Part shown: positions 9,245 through 19,840 of the stretch, piece by piece
How the letters are laid out: each line of letters opens with the position of its first letter
Position numbering within the stretch: the stretch's first letter is position 1
NCBI GenBank assembly: GCA_964435515.1
Contig: CAYSZD010000005.1
Coordinates: forward strand, 8,813-72,812
DNA: 64,000 bases
Reading direction: 5' to 3'
Source of the DNA: an uncultured Gammaproteobacteria bacterium
Lineage (GTDB): Bacteria; Patescibacteriota; Patescibacteriia; Patescibacteriales; UBA12465
The notes under the pieces: generated by a model
The model's input: the letters and a program-made list of their open reading frames with translations, nothing else
What the model was told of the DNA's origin: nothing
The model's database searches: none
Translations under genes and position numbers: made by a program

Positions 9245-12163
9245 ATGAAAACAGATAACAATTCAAATCAAGAAAAAAGTCTAAGTTTTTCTGAAGCCGA
9301 GGAAATGGTTTTATCATTCTGGCAAGAAAATAAGATATTTGATAAGTCACTAGCTAAAGAAGCACCCAAAGGTGAGTATGTTTTTTATGATGGACCTCCC
9401 TTTGCTACCGGCACACCTCATTATGGTCATTTAATTTCTAGTATTATTAAAGATGTTATCCCTCGCTATCAGACCATGAAAGGCTATCGGGTTAATCGTA
9501 AATGGGGTTGGGATTGTCATGGACTACCAATTGAAAATATTGTAGAACAAGAACTTAAGACTAAGAGTAAAAAAGATATTGAAGAGATGGGTATTGGAAA
9601 ATTTAATGATATTTGTCGCACTAAAGTAATGACCTATGCTGAAGAATGGGAAAAAGTGATTAATCGTTTAGGGCGTTGGGTTGATTTTGACAATTGCTAT
9701 CGCACCATGGATTTAAATTTCATGGAAAGTGTTTGGTGGGTCTTTAAGCAGTTATGGGATAAAGGTTTAATCTATCAAGATTATCGCTCAATGCATATTT
9801 GTCCTCGTTGTGAAACCACTCTTTCTCAATATGAGGTAACTGAAGGCTATAAAGATATTAAAGACCTGTCAGTAATTGCTAAGTTTGAATTAATAGATGA
9901 GGCTGGAACTTATATTTTAGCCTGGACAACTACCCCCTGGACCCTTATTGGTAACGTGGCCTTAGCTATTGGTCTTGAAATTGAGTATGTAAAAATAAAA
10001 ATGGATGATAGTTTCTATATTCTAGCCAAAGAAAGATTAGCTGACGTAATTAAAGATAAAGAATATGAGATTGTAGCTAGTTTTAAAGGCACTGAACTTG
10101 TAGGAAAAAAATATAAATCATTATTTAACTATTATTCTCAGGATAAGACTCTAGAAAATAGAGAGAATGCTTGGCAGGTATATGAGGCCGCTTTTGTAAC
10201 CACAGAAGATGGTACCGGTGTGGTTCATATTGCTCCAGCTTTTGGTAGTGATGACATGGAATTAGGCAAAGAAAAAAAGTTGCCTTTTGTCCAACACGTT
10301 GGTTTTAATGGTATTTTTAGTTCCGAAGTGCTGGATTTTGTTGGCCTACATGTTAAGCCAGAAGGCGACCACATGACCACAGATATTGAGATTATTAAAT
10401 ATTTAGCCGCTAATAATCTATTGTTTCATAAAGAGAAATATGAACATAGTTATCCTCATTGTTGGCGTTGTGATACACCATTAATTAACTATGCCACTTC
10501 TTCTTGGTTTGTAGCGGTGACTAAAATGAAAGCGAAATTGCTCGAAACTGCTAAGGAAATAAATTGGAGTCCTAGTTATATTAAAGATGGTCGTTTTGGT
10601 AATTGGCTGGAAGGGGCTAGAGATTGGTCTATCTCTCGTCAACGTTTTTGGGCTAGCGCTATTCCTATTTGGCAATGTGAAAATGGTCACTATCATGTAG
10701 TGGCTTCAGTAAAAGAACTTGAAGAGCTAAGCGGAGAAACAATTAGTGATATTCATAAAGACAAAGTAGATCATATTACTTTTAAATGTTTAGAATGTGG
10801 TCAGCCTATGAAGCGTATTAGTGATGTACTTGATTGTTGGTTTGAGTCAGGTGCTATGCCTTATGCTCAACTTCATTATCCCTATGAGAATAAAGAGAAG
10901 TTTGAACAGAATTTTCCTGCCCAATTTATTGCCGAAGGAGCTGATCAAACTCGAGCTTGGTTCTATTATCTTCATGTTATTTCTGGCGGTATAAAAGAAA
11001 GTCATGCTTTTTCGAATGTGATTGTGAATGGCATTGTTTTAGCTGAAGATGGCAAAAAAATGTCTAAACGCTTGAAAAATTATCCTGATCCCAGCTTAGT
11101 CATGGAAAAATATGGCGCTGATGCTTTACGTGCCTATCTTTTATCTTCACCAGTAATGCAATCAGAAAATCTCAATTTTGCTGAAAAGGGAGTTGAAGAG
11201 TCTTTACGTAAAAACATCATGACCCTTTGGAATGTTTATCGTTTCTATCAAACTTATGCTGATCAATATCAAGCTGTTGAACTAGAAGCTAAAAATATAT
11301 TAGATATTTGGATAATGGCAAAATTAAAAGAGCTAAGTGAAGAGCTTAGAGCGGCTATGGATAGTTATAATTTGCCTAAAGCCATGAGACCTGTGACTGC
11401 CTTTATCGACGAACTGTCTACTTGGTACCTTCGTCGTTCTCGTGATCGTTTTAAAAGTGAGGATGAAAGTGATAAGCAGGATGCTTTAGGAACAATTCGT
11501 TTTGTTTTTATTACTTTGTCCAAATTAATAGCTCCACTAATGCCTTATATAGCTGAAAGATTATGGCAAAATGTAACAACTAATAATTTTCAAGATCGCG
11601 CTGCTTCAGTTCATTTAGAAGCTTGGCCAGAATTAGCAGCTTTATCGACAGAAGAAAAAGAAGTTTTAGAACAGATGACACTTAGCAGACAGGCAGCTGA
11701 ACTGGCTTTAGCAGCTAGAGATAAGGAGGGAATTAAGATTAGACAGATGTTGGCAAAAGCTGAGTTTAAAGGAGGTGGTAAATTACAAGAAGATTATATT
11801 CATCTTTTAATGGATGAATTAAATCTTCAAACTATTACTTGGTTAGGAGGAGAAGGGAATTTAGAAGTTGAACTTGATTTAAATATTACACCGGAATTAA
11901 AATTGGAAGGATATAAGAGGGAACTTATTAGAACTATTAATCTCTTACGTAAAGATGCCTCTCTTACCGCTAGTGATGTAATTAATATTTCTCTAACTTC
12001 AAACGATGATTTAGTTTCTGTTTTGAGTATTATCGGTGAAGATTTAAAAAAAGCGACAATTGCCGAATCTATTTCTCTAAAAGCTTTAGAAAAATCCTTG
12101 GTTAGTAAAGATTTAAAGCTGGATGAGATGAAAATTACAGTTGCGATAGATAAATTAGCTTAA
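9245..12163 (+). CDS. ileS: Isoleucine--tRNA ligase (IleRS2 type)
   Basis: DGPPFATGTPHYGH, WTTTPWTL, DWSISRQRFW and KMSKR; no C-terminal zinc finger. Confidence 0.97.
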   Translation: MKTDNNSNQEKSLSFSEAEEMVLSFWQENKIFDKSLAKEAPKGEYVFYDGPPFATGTPHYGHLISSIIKDVIPRYQTMKGYRVNRKWGWDCHGLPIENIVEQELKTKSKKDIEEMGIGKFNDICRTKVMTYAEEWEKVINRLGRWVDFDNCYRTMDLNFMESVWWVFKQLWDKGLIYQDYRSMHICPRCETTLSQYEVTEGYKDIKDLSVIAKFELIDEAGTYILAWTTTPWTLIGNVALAIGLEIEYVKIKMDDSFYILAKERLADVIKDKEYEIVASFKGTELVGKKYKSLFNYYSQDKTLENRENAWQVYEAAFVTTEDGTGVVHIAPAFGSDDMELGKEKKLPFVQHVGFNGIFSSEVLDFVGLHVKPEGDHMTTDIEIIKYLAANNLLFHKEKYEHSYPHCWRCDTPLINYATSSWFVAVTKMKAKLLETAKEINWSPSYIKDGRFGNWLEGARDWSISRQRFWASAIPIWQCENGHYHVVASVKELEELSGETISDIHKDKVDHITFKCLECGQPMKRISDVLDCWFESGAMPYAQLHYPYENKEKFEQNFPAQFIAEGADQTRAWFYYLHVISGGIKESHAFSNVIVNGIVLAEDGKKMSKRLKNYPDPSLVMEKYGADALRAYLLSSPVMQSENLNFAEKGVEESLRKNIMTLWNVYRFYQTYADQYQAVELEAKNILDIWIMAKLKELSEELRAAMDSYNLPKAMRPVTAFIDELSTWYLRRSRDRFKSEDESDKQDALGTIRFVFITLSKLIAPLMPYIAERLWQNVTTNNFQDRAASVHLEAWPELAALSTEEKEVLEQMTLSRQAAELALAARDKEGIKIRQMLAKAEFKGGGKLQEDYIHLLMDELNLQTITWLGGEGNLEVELDLNITPELKLEGYKRELIRTINLLRKDASLTASDVINISLTSNDDLVSVLSIIGEDLKKATIAESISLKALEKSLVSKDLKLDEMKITVAIDKLA

Positions 12164-12174
12164 TTGTGATTTTT

Positions 12175-12203
12175 TAGACAAAATTCTAAAAAAATGTTAT
12201 AAT
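12175..12203 (+). promoter_or_regulatory. Putative sigma70 promoter for lemA-SPFH-htpX
   Basis: TAGACA-N17-TATAAT with a TG extension. Confidence 0.6.
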
Positions 12204-12240
12204 AACTAAGAATTTAATTAATTATTTAAATAATAAAGCT

Positions 12241-12798
12241 ATGACTACTTGGATTATTATTGGAGTGATTGTACTATTGTTGCTTATTTTAGTATCAATT
12301 TACAACGCTCTTATTCGTTCTAAAAATAGAGTTGATGAGGCTTGGAGTGATATTGATGTTCAACTCAAGCGTCGTCACGACTTGATTCCTAATTTAGTAG
12401 AAACAGTGAAGGGCTATGCTGCTCACGAACAAGCTACTTTTGAGAAAGTGGTAGAAGCAAGAAATAGCGCCATGACCGCTCAAGCTAGTAAGGATCCTAA
12501 AGCAATGGAAATGGCAGAAAATCAATTATCTTCTACTTTAAAATCAATTTTTGCTTTAGCAGAGAATTATCCTGATTTAAAAGCTAATCAAAATTTCTTA
12601 GAATTACAGAGAGACTTAACTGACACAGAGGATAAGATTATGGCTTCACGTCGTTTCTATAATACTAATGTTCGTGACTTCAATACTAAATTACAGGTTT
12701 TTCCAACTAATATTTTTGCCAAACAACTTGGTTTTACTAAATATAAGTTTTTTGAAGGAGTAGAGAGTGATAGGGAAAACGTTTCCGTAAAATTCTAG
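12241..12798 (+). CDS. lemA: LemA family protein
   Basis: N-terminal TM, AWSDIDVQLKRRHDLIPNLVETVKGYA and ENYPDLKAN. Confidence 0.95.
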   Translation: MTTWIIIGVIVLLLLILVSIYNALIRSKNRVDEAWSDIDVQLKRRHDLIPNLVETVKGYAAHEQATFEKVVEARNSAMTAQASKDPKAMEMAENQLSSTLKSIFALAENYPDLKANQNFLELQRDLTDTEDKIMASRRFYNTNVRDFNTKLQVFPTNIFAKQLGFTKYKFFEGVESDRENVSVKF

Positions 12799-12872
12799 TT
12801 TAAATTAATCTTTATTATTAATCATCTTTTTGTTTTAATTAATAAATTAAAGTAAATAAGATATTAAAATAT

Positions 12873-13625
12873 ATGTGGTATATTCTCATTGTTATAGTGG
12901 TCTTAATTTTGGCCTTTTTAAAACAGGTTAATCAATATGAAAGAGGTGTAGTATTTACTATGGGTCGCTATTCCTATGTTATGAATCCAGGCTGGAGACT
13001 TCTTATTCCTGTCTTTCAAAGTTTTCGTAAGGTGGATATTAGAGTAAAAGCAGTAGATGTTCCTGATCAAAAAGCTATTACCAGAGATAATGTTCCTGTT
13101 ATGGTTAATGCGGTTATATACTATAAGGTGTCAGCTGCTGAAAAGGCGATTATTGAGGTAGAAAATTTTCAATATGCTATTTCTCAATACGCTCAGACAA
13201 CTATGCGTAATATTGTGGGTGAAGTTACTTTAGATGAGTTGTTAAGCAAAAGAGACAAAATTGCTGAAAGAATTCGTGATATAGTTGATGCAGAAACTGA
13301 TGCTTGGGGACTTAAGGTAAATAATGTTGAGTTAAAAGATGTGTCTTTACCAGAAGCCATGGAAAGGACTATGGCTAAACAGGCAGAGGCTGAAAGGGAA
13401 AAGAGGGCGGTAATTATTAATTCTGAAGGAGAATTAGCGGCTGCCTCTAATATCTCCGAAGCAGCTAGAACTTTGGCTGGTGCACCTGGTGCCTTGCATT
13501 TACGTACCTTACAGTCAATTAATGATATTTCCTCTGATCAATCAAACACTATCGTCTTTATGACCCCAATAGAAGTTCTTAAGGCTTTTGAAGGTTTTGC
13601 TAAAAAGATGGATACTGATAAATAA
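12873..13625 (+). CDS. SPFH/stomatin-like (slipin) membrane protein
   Basis: QYERGVVF, ITRDNV, AQTTMRNIVG and AKQAEAEREKRA. Confidence 0.92.
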   Translation: MWYILIVIVVLILAFLKQVNQYERGVVFTMGRYSYVMNPGWRLLIPVFQSFRKVDIRVKAVDVPDQKAITRDNVPVMVNAVIYYKVSAAEKAIIEVENFQYAISQYAQTTMRNIVGEVTLDELLSKRDKIAERIRDIVDAETDAWGLKVNNVELKDVSLPEAMERTMAKQAEAEREKRAVIINSEGELAAASNISEAARTLAGAPGALHLRTLQSINDISSDQSNTIVFMTPIEVLKAFEGFAKKMDTDK

Positions 13626-13636
13626 TTATATTATCT

Positions 13637-14548
13637 ATGGCTAATCTATATTCATATAGCACTGCCAATAAAAGAAAAACCTGGTTTTTAATGACCGGGT
13701 TTTTCATCTTTATTATCGCAGTTGGCTATGTTTTTTCAGTGGCAATGGATATCCCGGGAATTTTAGCGGGAGCGGTTTTTATTAGCATTTTCATGAGTCT
13801 TATTAGTTATTGGTATAGCGATAAAATTGTTTTATCTATTTCTGGCGCCACTTTAGTTAATCAGGAAAATAACAAAGAATTATATCGTTTGGTAGAAAAT
13901 CTATGTATTACAGCTGGTCTGCCTTTGCCTAAAATTTATATAATTCAAGACCCAGCTCCTAACGCCTTTGCTACTGGACGTAATCCTGAACATGCTGCTA
14001 TTGCTTTTACCACTGGTATTTTAGGTAAATTAGAGAAGAATGAATTAGAGGGTGTAGTGGCTCATGAACTTTCTCATATCGGCAACCGTGATATTTTAAT
14101 TGCCACTGTCGCTACTATATTGGTGGGTATTGTAGTTTTGTTAGCAGACCTTTTTTGGCGCTGGTCCTTTTTTGGCGGCAGGAACGACAATGATAATAGA
14201 GATTCTAGAATAGCTTTAGTTATTAGTGTGTTAGCAATTATTTTTGCTCTTTTAGCTCCTTTGTTTGCACAATTACTACAATTAGCTATTTCTCGCAAAC
14301 GGGAATTTGCCGCGGATGCAGACGGAGCTTTGCTAACTCGCTATCCTGAGGGCCTAGCTCGAGCTTTAGAAAAGATTAGCGCATATGATGGTGGTTCGGT
14401 TAAAAAAGCTACGAAAGCCACGGCACACATGTATATTGCTTCTCCTTTAAGTCTAGATAAGCAAAAACACATTTCTTGGTTTAATAAATTGTGGCAAACT
14501 CATCCACCAGTAGAAGAGAGAATTTCTAAGCTTCGGGGCCTATCTTAG
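13637..14548 (+). CDS. htpX: HtpX-like M48 zinc metalloprotease
   Basis: PNAFATGR, AHELSH, SRKREFAAD and THPPVEERI. Confidence 0.93.
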   Translation: MANLYSYSTANKRKTWFLMTGFFIFIIAVGYVFSVAMDIPGILAGAVFISIFMSLISYWYSDKIVLSISGATLVNQENNKELYRLVENLCITAGLPLPKIYIIQDPAPNAFATGRNPEHAAIAFTTGILGKLEKNELEGVVAHELSHIGNRDILIATVATILVGIVVLLADLFWRWSFFGGRNDNDNRDSRIALVISVLAIIFALLAPLFAQLLQLAISRKREFAADADGALLTRYPEGLARALEKISAYDGGSVKKATKATAHMYIASPLSLDKQKHISWFNKLWQTHPPVEERISKLRGLS

Positions 14549-14611
14549 GGCTTATATAGACCTTTTTGTCAAGATTTAATAATTATCTTATATATACTAT
14601 ACTCTAAGTAT

Positions 14612-15196
14612 ATGATTGCCTATTTAAAAGGAGAAATATTAGTTAAAGCCACTAATTATATTATATTAAATGTAAATAATATCGGCTATCAACTATTTGT
14701 TGGTGAGTCTTTTTATGCAGAGTTGAAGATAGGAGAAGAGAGAGAAATATATGTTTCTCATCAAGTACGTGAAGACGCCTCTGATTTATATGGTTTTAGA
14801 AATGTATCAGAATTAGATTTATTTGAATTACTATTATCTGTTTCAGGCGTTGGTCCTAAATCGGCTTTAGGAGTCCTATCTATTGCTTCAGTGGCTGATG
14901 TTAAAGAAGCGGTTGTTCGTGGTGATGCAACATTACTGACTAAAGTTTCAGGTATTGGCAAAAAAACGGCCGAAAGATTAGTGCTTGAACTTAAAACTAA
15001 AATTCTAAAATATACTGATGTGAGTAGTGATAAGGCGGACATCCCGGCTGGACTTGGTGATGAATTAGACGCTCTGATGTCTTTAGGCTATGGCCTATCT
15101 GAGGCTAGACAAGCTTTACAAAATTTAGGCGAAGAGCTTGTAGATAGCGGTTCAAGGGTGAAGGCAGCTTTAAAAAAGTTAAGTAAGAAAATATAA
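14612..15196 (+). CDS. ruvA: Holliday junction branch migration protein RuvA
   Basis: MIAYLKG, REDASDLYGF, and HhH motifs VSGVGPKSA and GIGKKTAERL. Confidence 0.96.
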   Translation: MIAYLKGEILVKATNYIILNVNNIGYQLFVGESFYAELKIGEEREIYVSHQVREDASDLYGFRNVSELDLFELLLSVSGVGPKSALGVLSIASVADVKEAVVRGDATLLTKVSGIGKKTAERLVLELKTKILKYTDVSSDKADIPAGLGDELDALMSLGYGLSEARQALQNLGEELVDSGSRVKAALKKLSKKI

Positions 15197-15202
15197 AATT
15201 AT

Positions 15203-16426
15203 ATGAGACAATCTCAATTATTTACCAAAACAGTTAAAGAGTTGCCAAAAGATGAAGCTAGTTATAATGCTCAAGTATTACTTAGAGCTGGTTTTATTGA
15301 TAAAGTGGCAGCTGGTGTCTATTCTTTTTTGCCTTTAGGCTTAAAAGTTTTAAATAAAATAAGACATATCATTAGTGAAGAAATGGAGAGTATTAATGGT
15401 CAGGAAGTTAGTATGCCGGCTTTTGCTCCTAAAGAAAATTGGTTAGCGACTGGTCGTTGGGATGATTTAGATGTTTTATTTAAAATAGCTGCTTCTGATA
15501 AAAAAGAATATGCTTTAAATGCTACTCATGAAGAAGTAGTGACTCCCTTGGCTAAGAAATTTATTACTTCCTATCGTGAATTACCTTTTGCCGTTTTTCA
15601 AGTTCAAACTAAATTTCGTAATGAGAAAAGAGCTAAATCTGGCCTTTTGCGAGGTAGAGAATTTTTAATGAAAGATTTATATTCCTTTCATGCTGATCAA
15701 GAAGACTTAGATGCATATTACGAACAAGCTATTGAGGCCTATTATCGAATTTTTAAACGCTTGGGCTTAGCTGATATTACTTATTTAGCTTATGCTTCTG
15801 GTGGTACTTTTGCTAAATATTCTCATGAATTTCAAACAGTGACTGAAGCTGGAGAAGATTTAATTTATATTTGTGATAAATGTAAATTAGCAGTTAATAA
15901 AGAAATAATTAAAGAACAATCTACTTGTCCTAAGTGTGGTAATGATAAGCTAAGGGAAGAGAAGGCTTGTGAAGTGGCTAATATATTTAAATTAGGAACA
16001 AAATATTCAGCTCCTTTTGATTTATCATATCAAAGCCAAAATGGAGAAAAAAAATTAGTGGTGATGGGTTGTTATGGTATGGGTCTTAGTCGTATCATGG
16101 GGATTATTGCTGAGGTGTGTCATGATGACAAGGGTCTTATTTGGCCAGAAAATATTGCTCCATTTAAAATTCATTTAATATCATTAGGTGAGAAGGAAAA
16201 AAGCGATAATGTTTATCAAGAATTATTAGCTCAAGGATTAGAGCTTCTTTATGACGATAGAGATGTTTCTGCTGGAGAAAAGTTTGCTGATGCAGATCTT
16301 ATTGGTTGCCCCTATCGTTTAGTTATAAGCTCTAAGTCTTTAGCTGCTGGAGGAGTAGAGTTGAAGAAAAGAGGGGAACAAGAAGTTAAGATTATAAATA
16401 TAAAAGATATAATGAAATATGTTTAA
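15203..16426 (+). CDS. proS: Proline--tRNA ligase (no INS editing domain)
   Basis: ATHEE, KFRNEKRAKSGLLRGREFLMKDLYSF, MGCYGMG and anticodon-binding domain; 407 aa. Confidence 0.95.
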   Translation: MRQSQLFTKTVKELPKDEASYNAQVLLRAGFIDKVAAGVYSFLPLGLKVLNKIRHIISEEMESINGQEVSMPAFAPKENWLATGRWDDLDVLFKIAASDKKEYALNATHEEVVTPLAKKFITSYRELPFAVFQVQTKFRNEKRAKSGLLRGREFLMKDLYSFHADQEDLDAYYEQAIEAYYRIFKRLGLADITYLAYASGGTFAKYSHEFQTVTEAGEDLIYICDKCKLAVNKEIIKEQSTCPKCGNDKLREEKACEVANIFKLGTKYSAPFDLSYQSQNGEKKLVVMGCYGMGLSRIMGIIAEVCHDDKGLIWPENIAPFKIHLISLGEKEKSDNVYQELLAQGLELLYDDRDVSAGEKFADADLIGCPYRLVISSKSLAAGGVELKKRGEQEVKIINIKDIMKYV

Positions 16427-17465
16427 TAAATTATTGGGAAAATTCAGTCATGATTTAGGTATTGATTTGGGTACTAAAAATACTTTGATTGTTATGAGTG
16501 ATAAAGGTCTAATTATTAATGAACCCTCGGTAGTAGCTATTAACAAGAGAACTAATGAAATTTTAGAAGTAGGTGAAGCAGCCAAGAAAATGGTGGGAAA
16601 AACTCCAGCTCATATCGAGGCTATTAAACCACTTATTAATGGTGTTATTTCTGATTTTGAGGTAACTGAAAAAATGTTAAAGTTTTTTTTAGCTAAAGTG
16701 CATCGTGAAAATTTTGCTCTTTTTCCTCGTCCACGAGTAGTTATCGGCATACCTTTAGATCTAACAGAAGTGGAAAAAAAGGCAGTAGAAGATGCGGCTA
16801 AATCAGCTGGGGCCAGAAAAGTATATTTAGTAGAAGAGGCCATGGCTTCGGCTGTGGGAGCTCGTTTACCTGTCACTGAAGCGACTGCTACCATGATGGT
16901 TGATATTGGTGGTGGTAGTACTGAAATCGCGGTGATTTCATTAGGGGGTGTAGTGACTTGGAAATCTTTGCGTTTAGCTGGTAATGAATTTGATCATAAT
17001 ATTATTGAATATATTAGAGAAGAATTTAATATCTTAATTGGTGAACAATTAGCTGAAGAGATTAAAATCACTATTGGTTCAGCTATGCCTAGTGAAGAAG
17101 TGCAAGAAATGGAGGTTAGAGGCAGGGATTTGATTAGTGGTTTACCTAAAGCAGTGATAGTAACTGATGCTCAAATTAGAGAAGCTATTAGTAGGACTAT
17201 TAATAAGATGGTGGATGATATTAAAACTATTCTAGAAACTACCCCACCTGAGTTAGTATCTGATATTTATGAAAGAGGTATTTATTTGGCAGGAGGAGGT
17301 TCTTTACTTAAAGGTTTAGATCAAGCCATTTCATTAGCTGCTAAAATTCCAGTTAAGATTGTTGATGATCCTTTAACTTGTGTGGTAAGAGGTTGCGGAA
17401 TTTTGATTAGTAATCCCGAATTATTAACAAAGGTGACTCTAGCTAATGTGGTGACAGAAAAATAA
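16419..17465 (+). CDS. mreB: Rod shape-determining protein MreB (copy 1)
   Basis: GIDLGT, NEPSVVA and DIGGGSTE; followed by mreC and mreD. Confidence 0.95.
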   Translation: MFNKLLGKFSHDLGIDLGTKNTLIVMSDKGLIINEPSVVAINKRTNEILEVGEAAKKMVGKTPAHIEAIKPLINGVISDFEVTEKMLKFFLAKVHRENFALFPRPRVVIGIPLDLTEVEKKAVEDAAKSAGARKVYLVEEAMASAVGARLPVTEATATMMVDIGGGSTEIAVISLGGVVTWKSLRLAGNEFDHNIIEYIREEFNILIGEQLAEEIKITIGSAMPSEEVQEMEVRGRDLISGLPKAVIVTDAQIREAISRTINKMVDDIKTILETTPPELVSDIYERGIYLAGGGSLLKGLDQAISLAAKIPVKIVDDPLTCVVRGCGILISNPELLTKVTLANVVTEK

Positions 17466-17467
17466 TT

Positions 17468-18277
17468 ATGTTTTCATTTCTAAAATCTCGTAAATTTATA
17501 TATTGGTTAATAGCCATAGTTTTTATTTTTATTATTCATGCAGTTGGTTTATTAAGGCCTTTGGAAAACTTAGTGATAAATGTCTTAAGTCCTGTAAATC
17601 AATATTTTCATAGCAGAGGTATTGCAATGCGTGGTTCAAATCAAGAACTTTCAAGGTCAGAATTAGAAGCTCAGTTATTGGTATTACAAGAACAGCGGGC
17701 GCAAGAGGCTGTTGATGAGGCTCAAATGACTTTATTACTAGAGGAGAATAATAAGTTGCGAGAACAATTAAACTTTTTAGATAATCATCAGTATAGATCT
17801 TTAAGCGCTAATATTTTAGCTCGTCAAAATTTATTTGACGCTAGTGATAAGGTTCAAGATATTATTTTAGATAGAGGTTCGCGGGATGGCATTGTGCCTG
17901 GCTTAGCCGTTGTTGATGAACAGGGAATTATTATTGGCAAGGTACTAGAAAGCCAAGAGGGTAGTGCTAGGGCATGTCTTACGGTTGCTCCTGACTGTCG
18001 CTTAGCCGTGGCTATTCTAAATCAGGATAGAACCATTGGTTTGTCTGATGGAGATTTAGGATTAACTATTAAATTAGACTTTATACCTCAATTAGAAGAA
18101 ATAAATTTGGGCGATATTGTTATTAGTTCTGGTTTAGGTGATAATATACCGCGTGGTTTAGTGGTCGGCAGGGTGACACAGGTAAATAAACAAAGTAATG
18201 AGATTTGGCAGGATGTAAACATTGAATCATTAGCCTCAGTTTATAATTTGACAGTTGTGTCAGTGATTTTACCTTAA
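17468..18277 (+). CDS. mreC: Rod shape-determining protein MreC
   Basis: TM plus coiled coil (EENNKLREQL), ILDRGSRDG and SSGLGDNIPRGLVVG. Confidence 0.9.
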   Translation: MFSFLKSRKFIYWLIAIVFIFIIHAVGLLRPLENLVINVLSPVNQYFHSRGIAMRGSNQELSRSELEAQLLVLQEQRAQEAVDEAQMTLLLEENNKLREQLNFLDNHQYRSLSANILARQNLFDASDKVQDIILDRGSRDGIVPGLAVVDEQGIIIGKVLESQEGSARACLTVAPDCRLAVAILNQDRTIGLSDGDLGLTIKLDFIPQLEEINLGDIVISSGLGDNIPRGLVVGRVTQVNKQSNEIWQDVNIESLASVYNLTVVSVILP

Positions 18278-18283
18278 AGACTT

Positions 18284-18823
18284 ATGTCAAAAAAAATACT
18301 ATCTGTAGTTGTAATAATTTTACTGGCTATTATTTTAGTAGTATTACAATTTTCACTAATCAGCGCCTTGCCTTATCCTTGGTATAATATTAATTTATTA
18401 ATTGTATCTTTAATTTTAGTGTTTTTAATTAGTAGTAAAGAACAGGCTTGGCTTTTAGCTTTATCTTTAGGCTATTTTAGCGATTTATTAAGTTTTCAAC
18501 CTTATGGCGCTGCTATTATTTCATTATTCTTTAGTGCTGTAATAGTATATTTAATTTTAGAGAATTGGTTGACTAATCGTTCTCTTTATTCTTTCTTACT
18601 TTTAGCGGTGATTGGTATTGTGAGCGAACGCTTTATTTATTATCTATTTGTTTTTATTTTTGATTGGTCAGGAAGAGTAAATGGTTTCTTTTTATTTAAG
18701 GCAGTATTTTGGGAATCTCTCGCTTGGAGCATTTTAGCCGGCTTGCTTATTGTTATTTTTTCTTTTCATTTTCTTGTACTTTTAAGTCGCAAATTACAAC
18801 CTTTCTTTTTGAGCAAAAAATAA
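18284..18823 (+). CDS. mreD: Probable rod shape-determining protein MreD
   Basis: Polytopic 179-aa protein directly after mreC; GYFSDLLS motif. Confidence 0.7.
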   Translation: MSKKILSVVVIILLAIILVVLQFSLISALPYPWYNINLLIVSLILVFLISSKEQAWLLALSLGYFSDLLSFQPYGAAIISLFFSAVIVYLILENWLTNRSLYSFLLLAVIGIVSERFIYYLFVFIFDWSGRVNGFFLFKAVFWESLAWSILAGLLIVIFSFHFLVLLSRKLQPFFLSKK

Positions 18824-18851
18824 TTTATGTTATTATATAAGTATAATATTT

Positions 18852-19835
18852 ATGAAATATAATGTTATTACCATTGGTGGAGCTACTTTAGATATTACTT
18901 TTCTTACCAAAGATGGTATTTTAATAGACAATCACCGAGATATCTTGCGTCAACAATTATTAGCTTTTGAATATGGAGCGAAGATAAAGGTGGATAAATT
19001 TCATAATCTCTTTGGTGGAGGAGCGTCTAATGCAGCGGTTAATTTTGCCCGCAGCGGTTTTAAAACTGCTTGTTTGGCTTGTGTTGGTGATGATGAAAGC
19101 GGGCATAAAATAATGAAAAATTTAAAAGATAATCGGGTTGCTACAGAGATGATGCAGATTGATAAAAATAGTGATACAGGTCTATCTTGTATTTTAGTGG
19201 CACCACAAGGGGAAAGAATTATTTTTACCAGTCGTCAGGCAAATACTAATTTGAGTATTAGTAAAAAAGAAGAACAGTATTTAGTTAAGGCAGATTGGCT
19301 TTATCTATCTTCTTTGTCTGGCAAGTGGAAAGATATGGCGAAGAAAATTTTTGCTCTCTCTGGCCCTAAAATAGCTTGGAATCCAGGCTCTTCTCAATAT
19401 CAAGCTGGATTGAAAAATTTAAAGCTCTTTCTTAGTCGTACTTCGGTTTTATGTTTAAATAAAGACGAGGCCATTGAATTAGTTTTAAGCGATTCAAAAT
19501 ATCGAGGTAAGCATCCAGAGCTTTTAGATGATGTGAAGAATCTATTAATTAGATTAAAAAGCATGGGTCCAGAAATTGTGTTAATTACCAATGGTTCATT
19601 GGGTGCTAATGCTTATGATGGAAATAAATTCTATCATCAGAAAATATTAAAAGAAAAAAAACGGGTTGATATGACTGGTGTTGGTGATGCTTTTAATTCT
19701 TCTTTTATTGTAGGACTTTCTCTAACAAAAGGTGATATTCAAAAAGCTCTATATTTGGGTTCAAAAAATACAGCTGCCAAAATTGCTAATTTTGGTGCTC
19801 AAAGTGGTTTGCTTGATTTAAGAAAATTAATTTAA
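18852..19835 (+). CDS. PfkB family carbohydrate kinase
   Basis: GGGASNAA, VGDD, NKDEA and DMTGVGDAF. Confidence 0.9.
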   Translation: MKYNVITIGGATLDITFLTKDGILIDNHRDILRQQLLAFEYGAKIKVDKFHNLFGGGASNAAVNFARSGFKTACLACVGDDESGHKIMKNLKDNRVATEMMQIDKNSDTGLSCILVAPQGERIIFTSRQANTNLSISKKEEQYLVKADWLYLSSLSGKWKDMAKKIFALSGPKIAWNPGSSQYQAGLKNLKLFLSRTSVLCLNKDEAIELVLSDSKYRGKHPELLDDVKNLLIRLKSMGPEIVLITNGSLGANAYDGNKFYHQKILKEKKRVDMTGVGDAFNSSFIVGLSLTKGDIQKALYLGSKNTAAKIANFGAQSGLLDLRKLI

Positions 19836-19840
19836 ACTAT

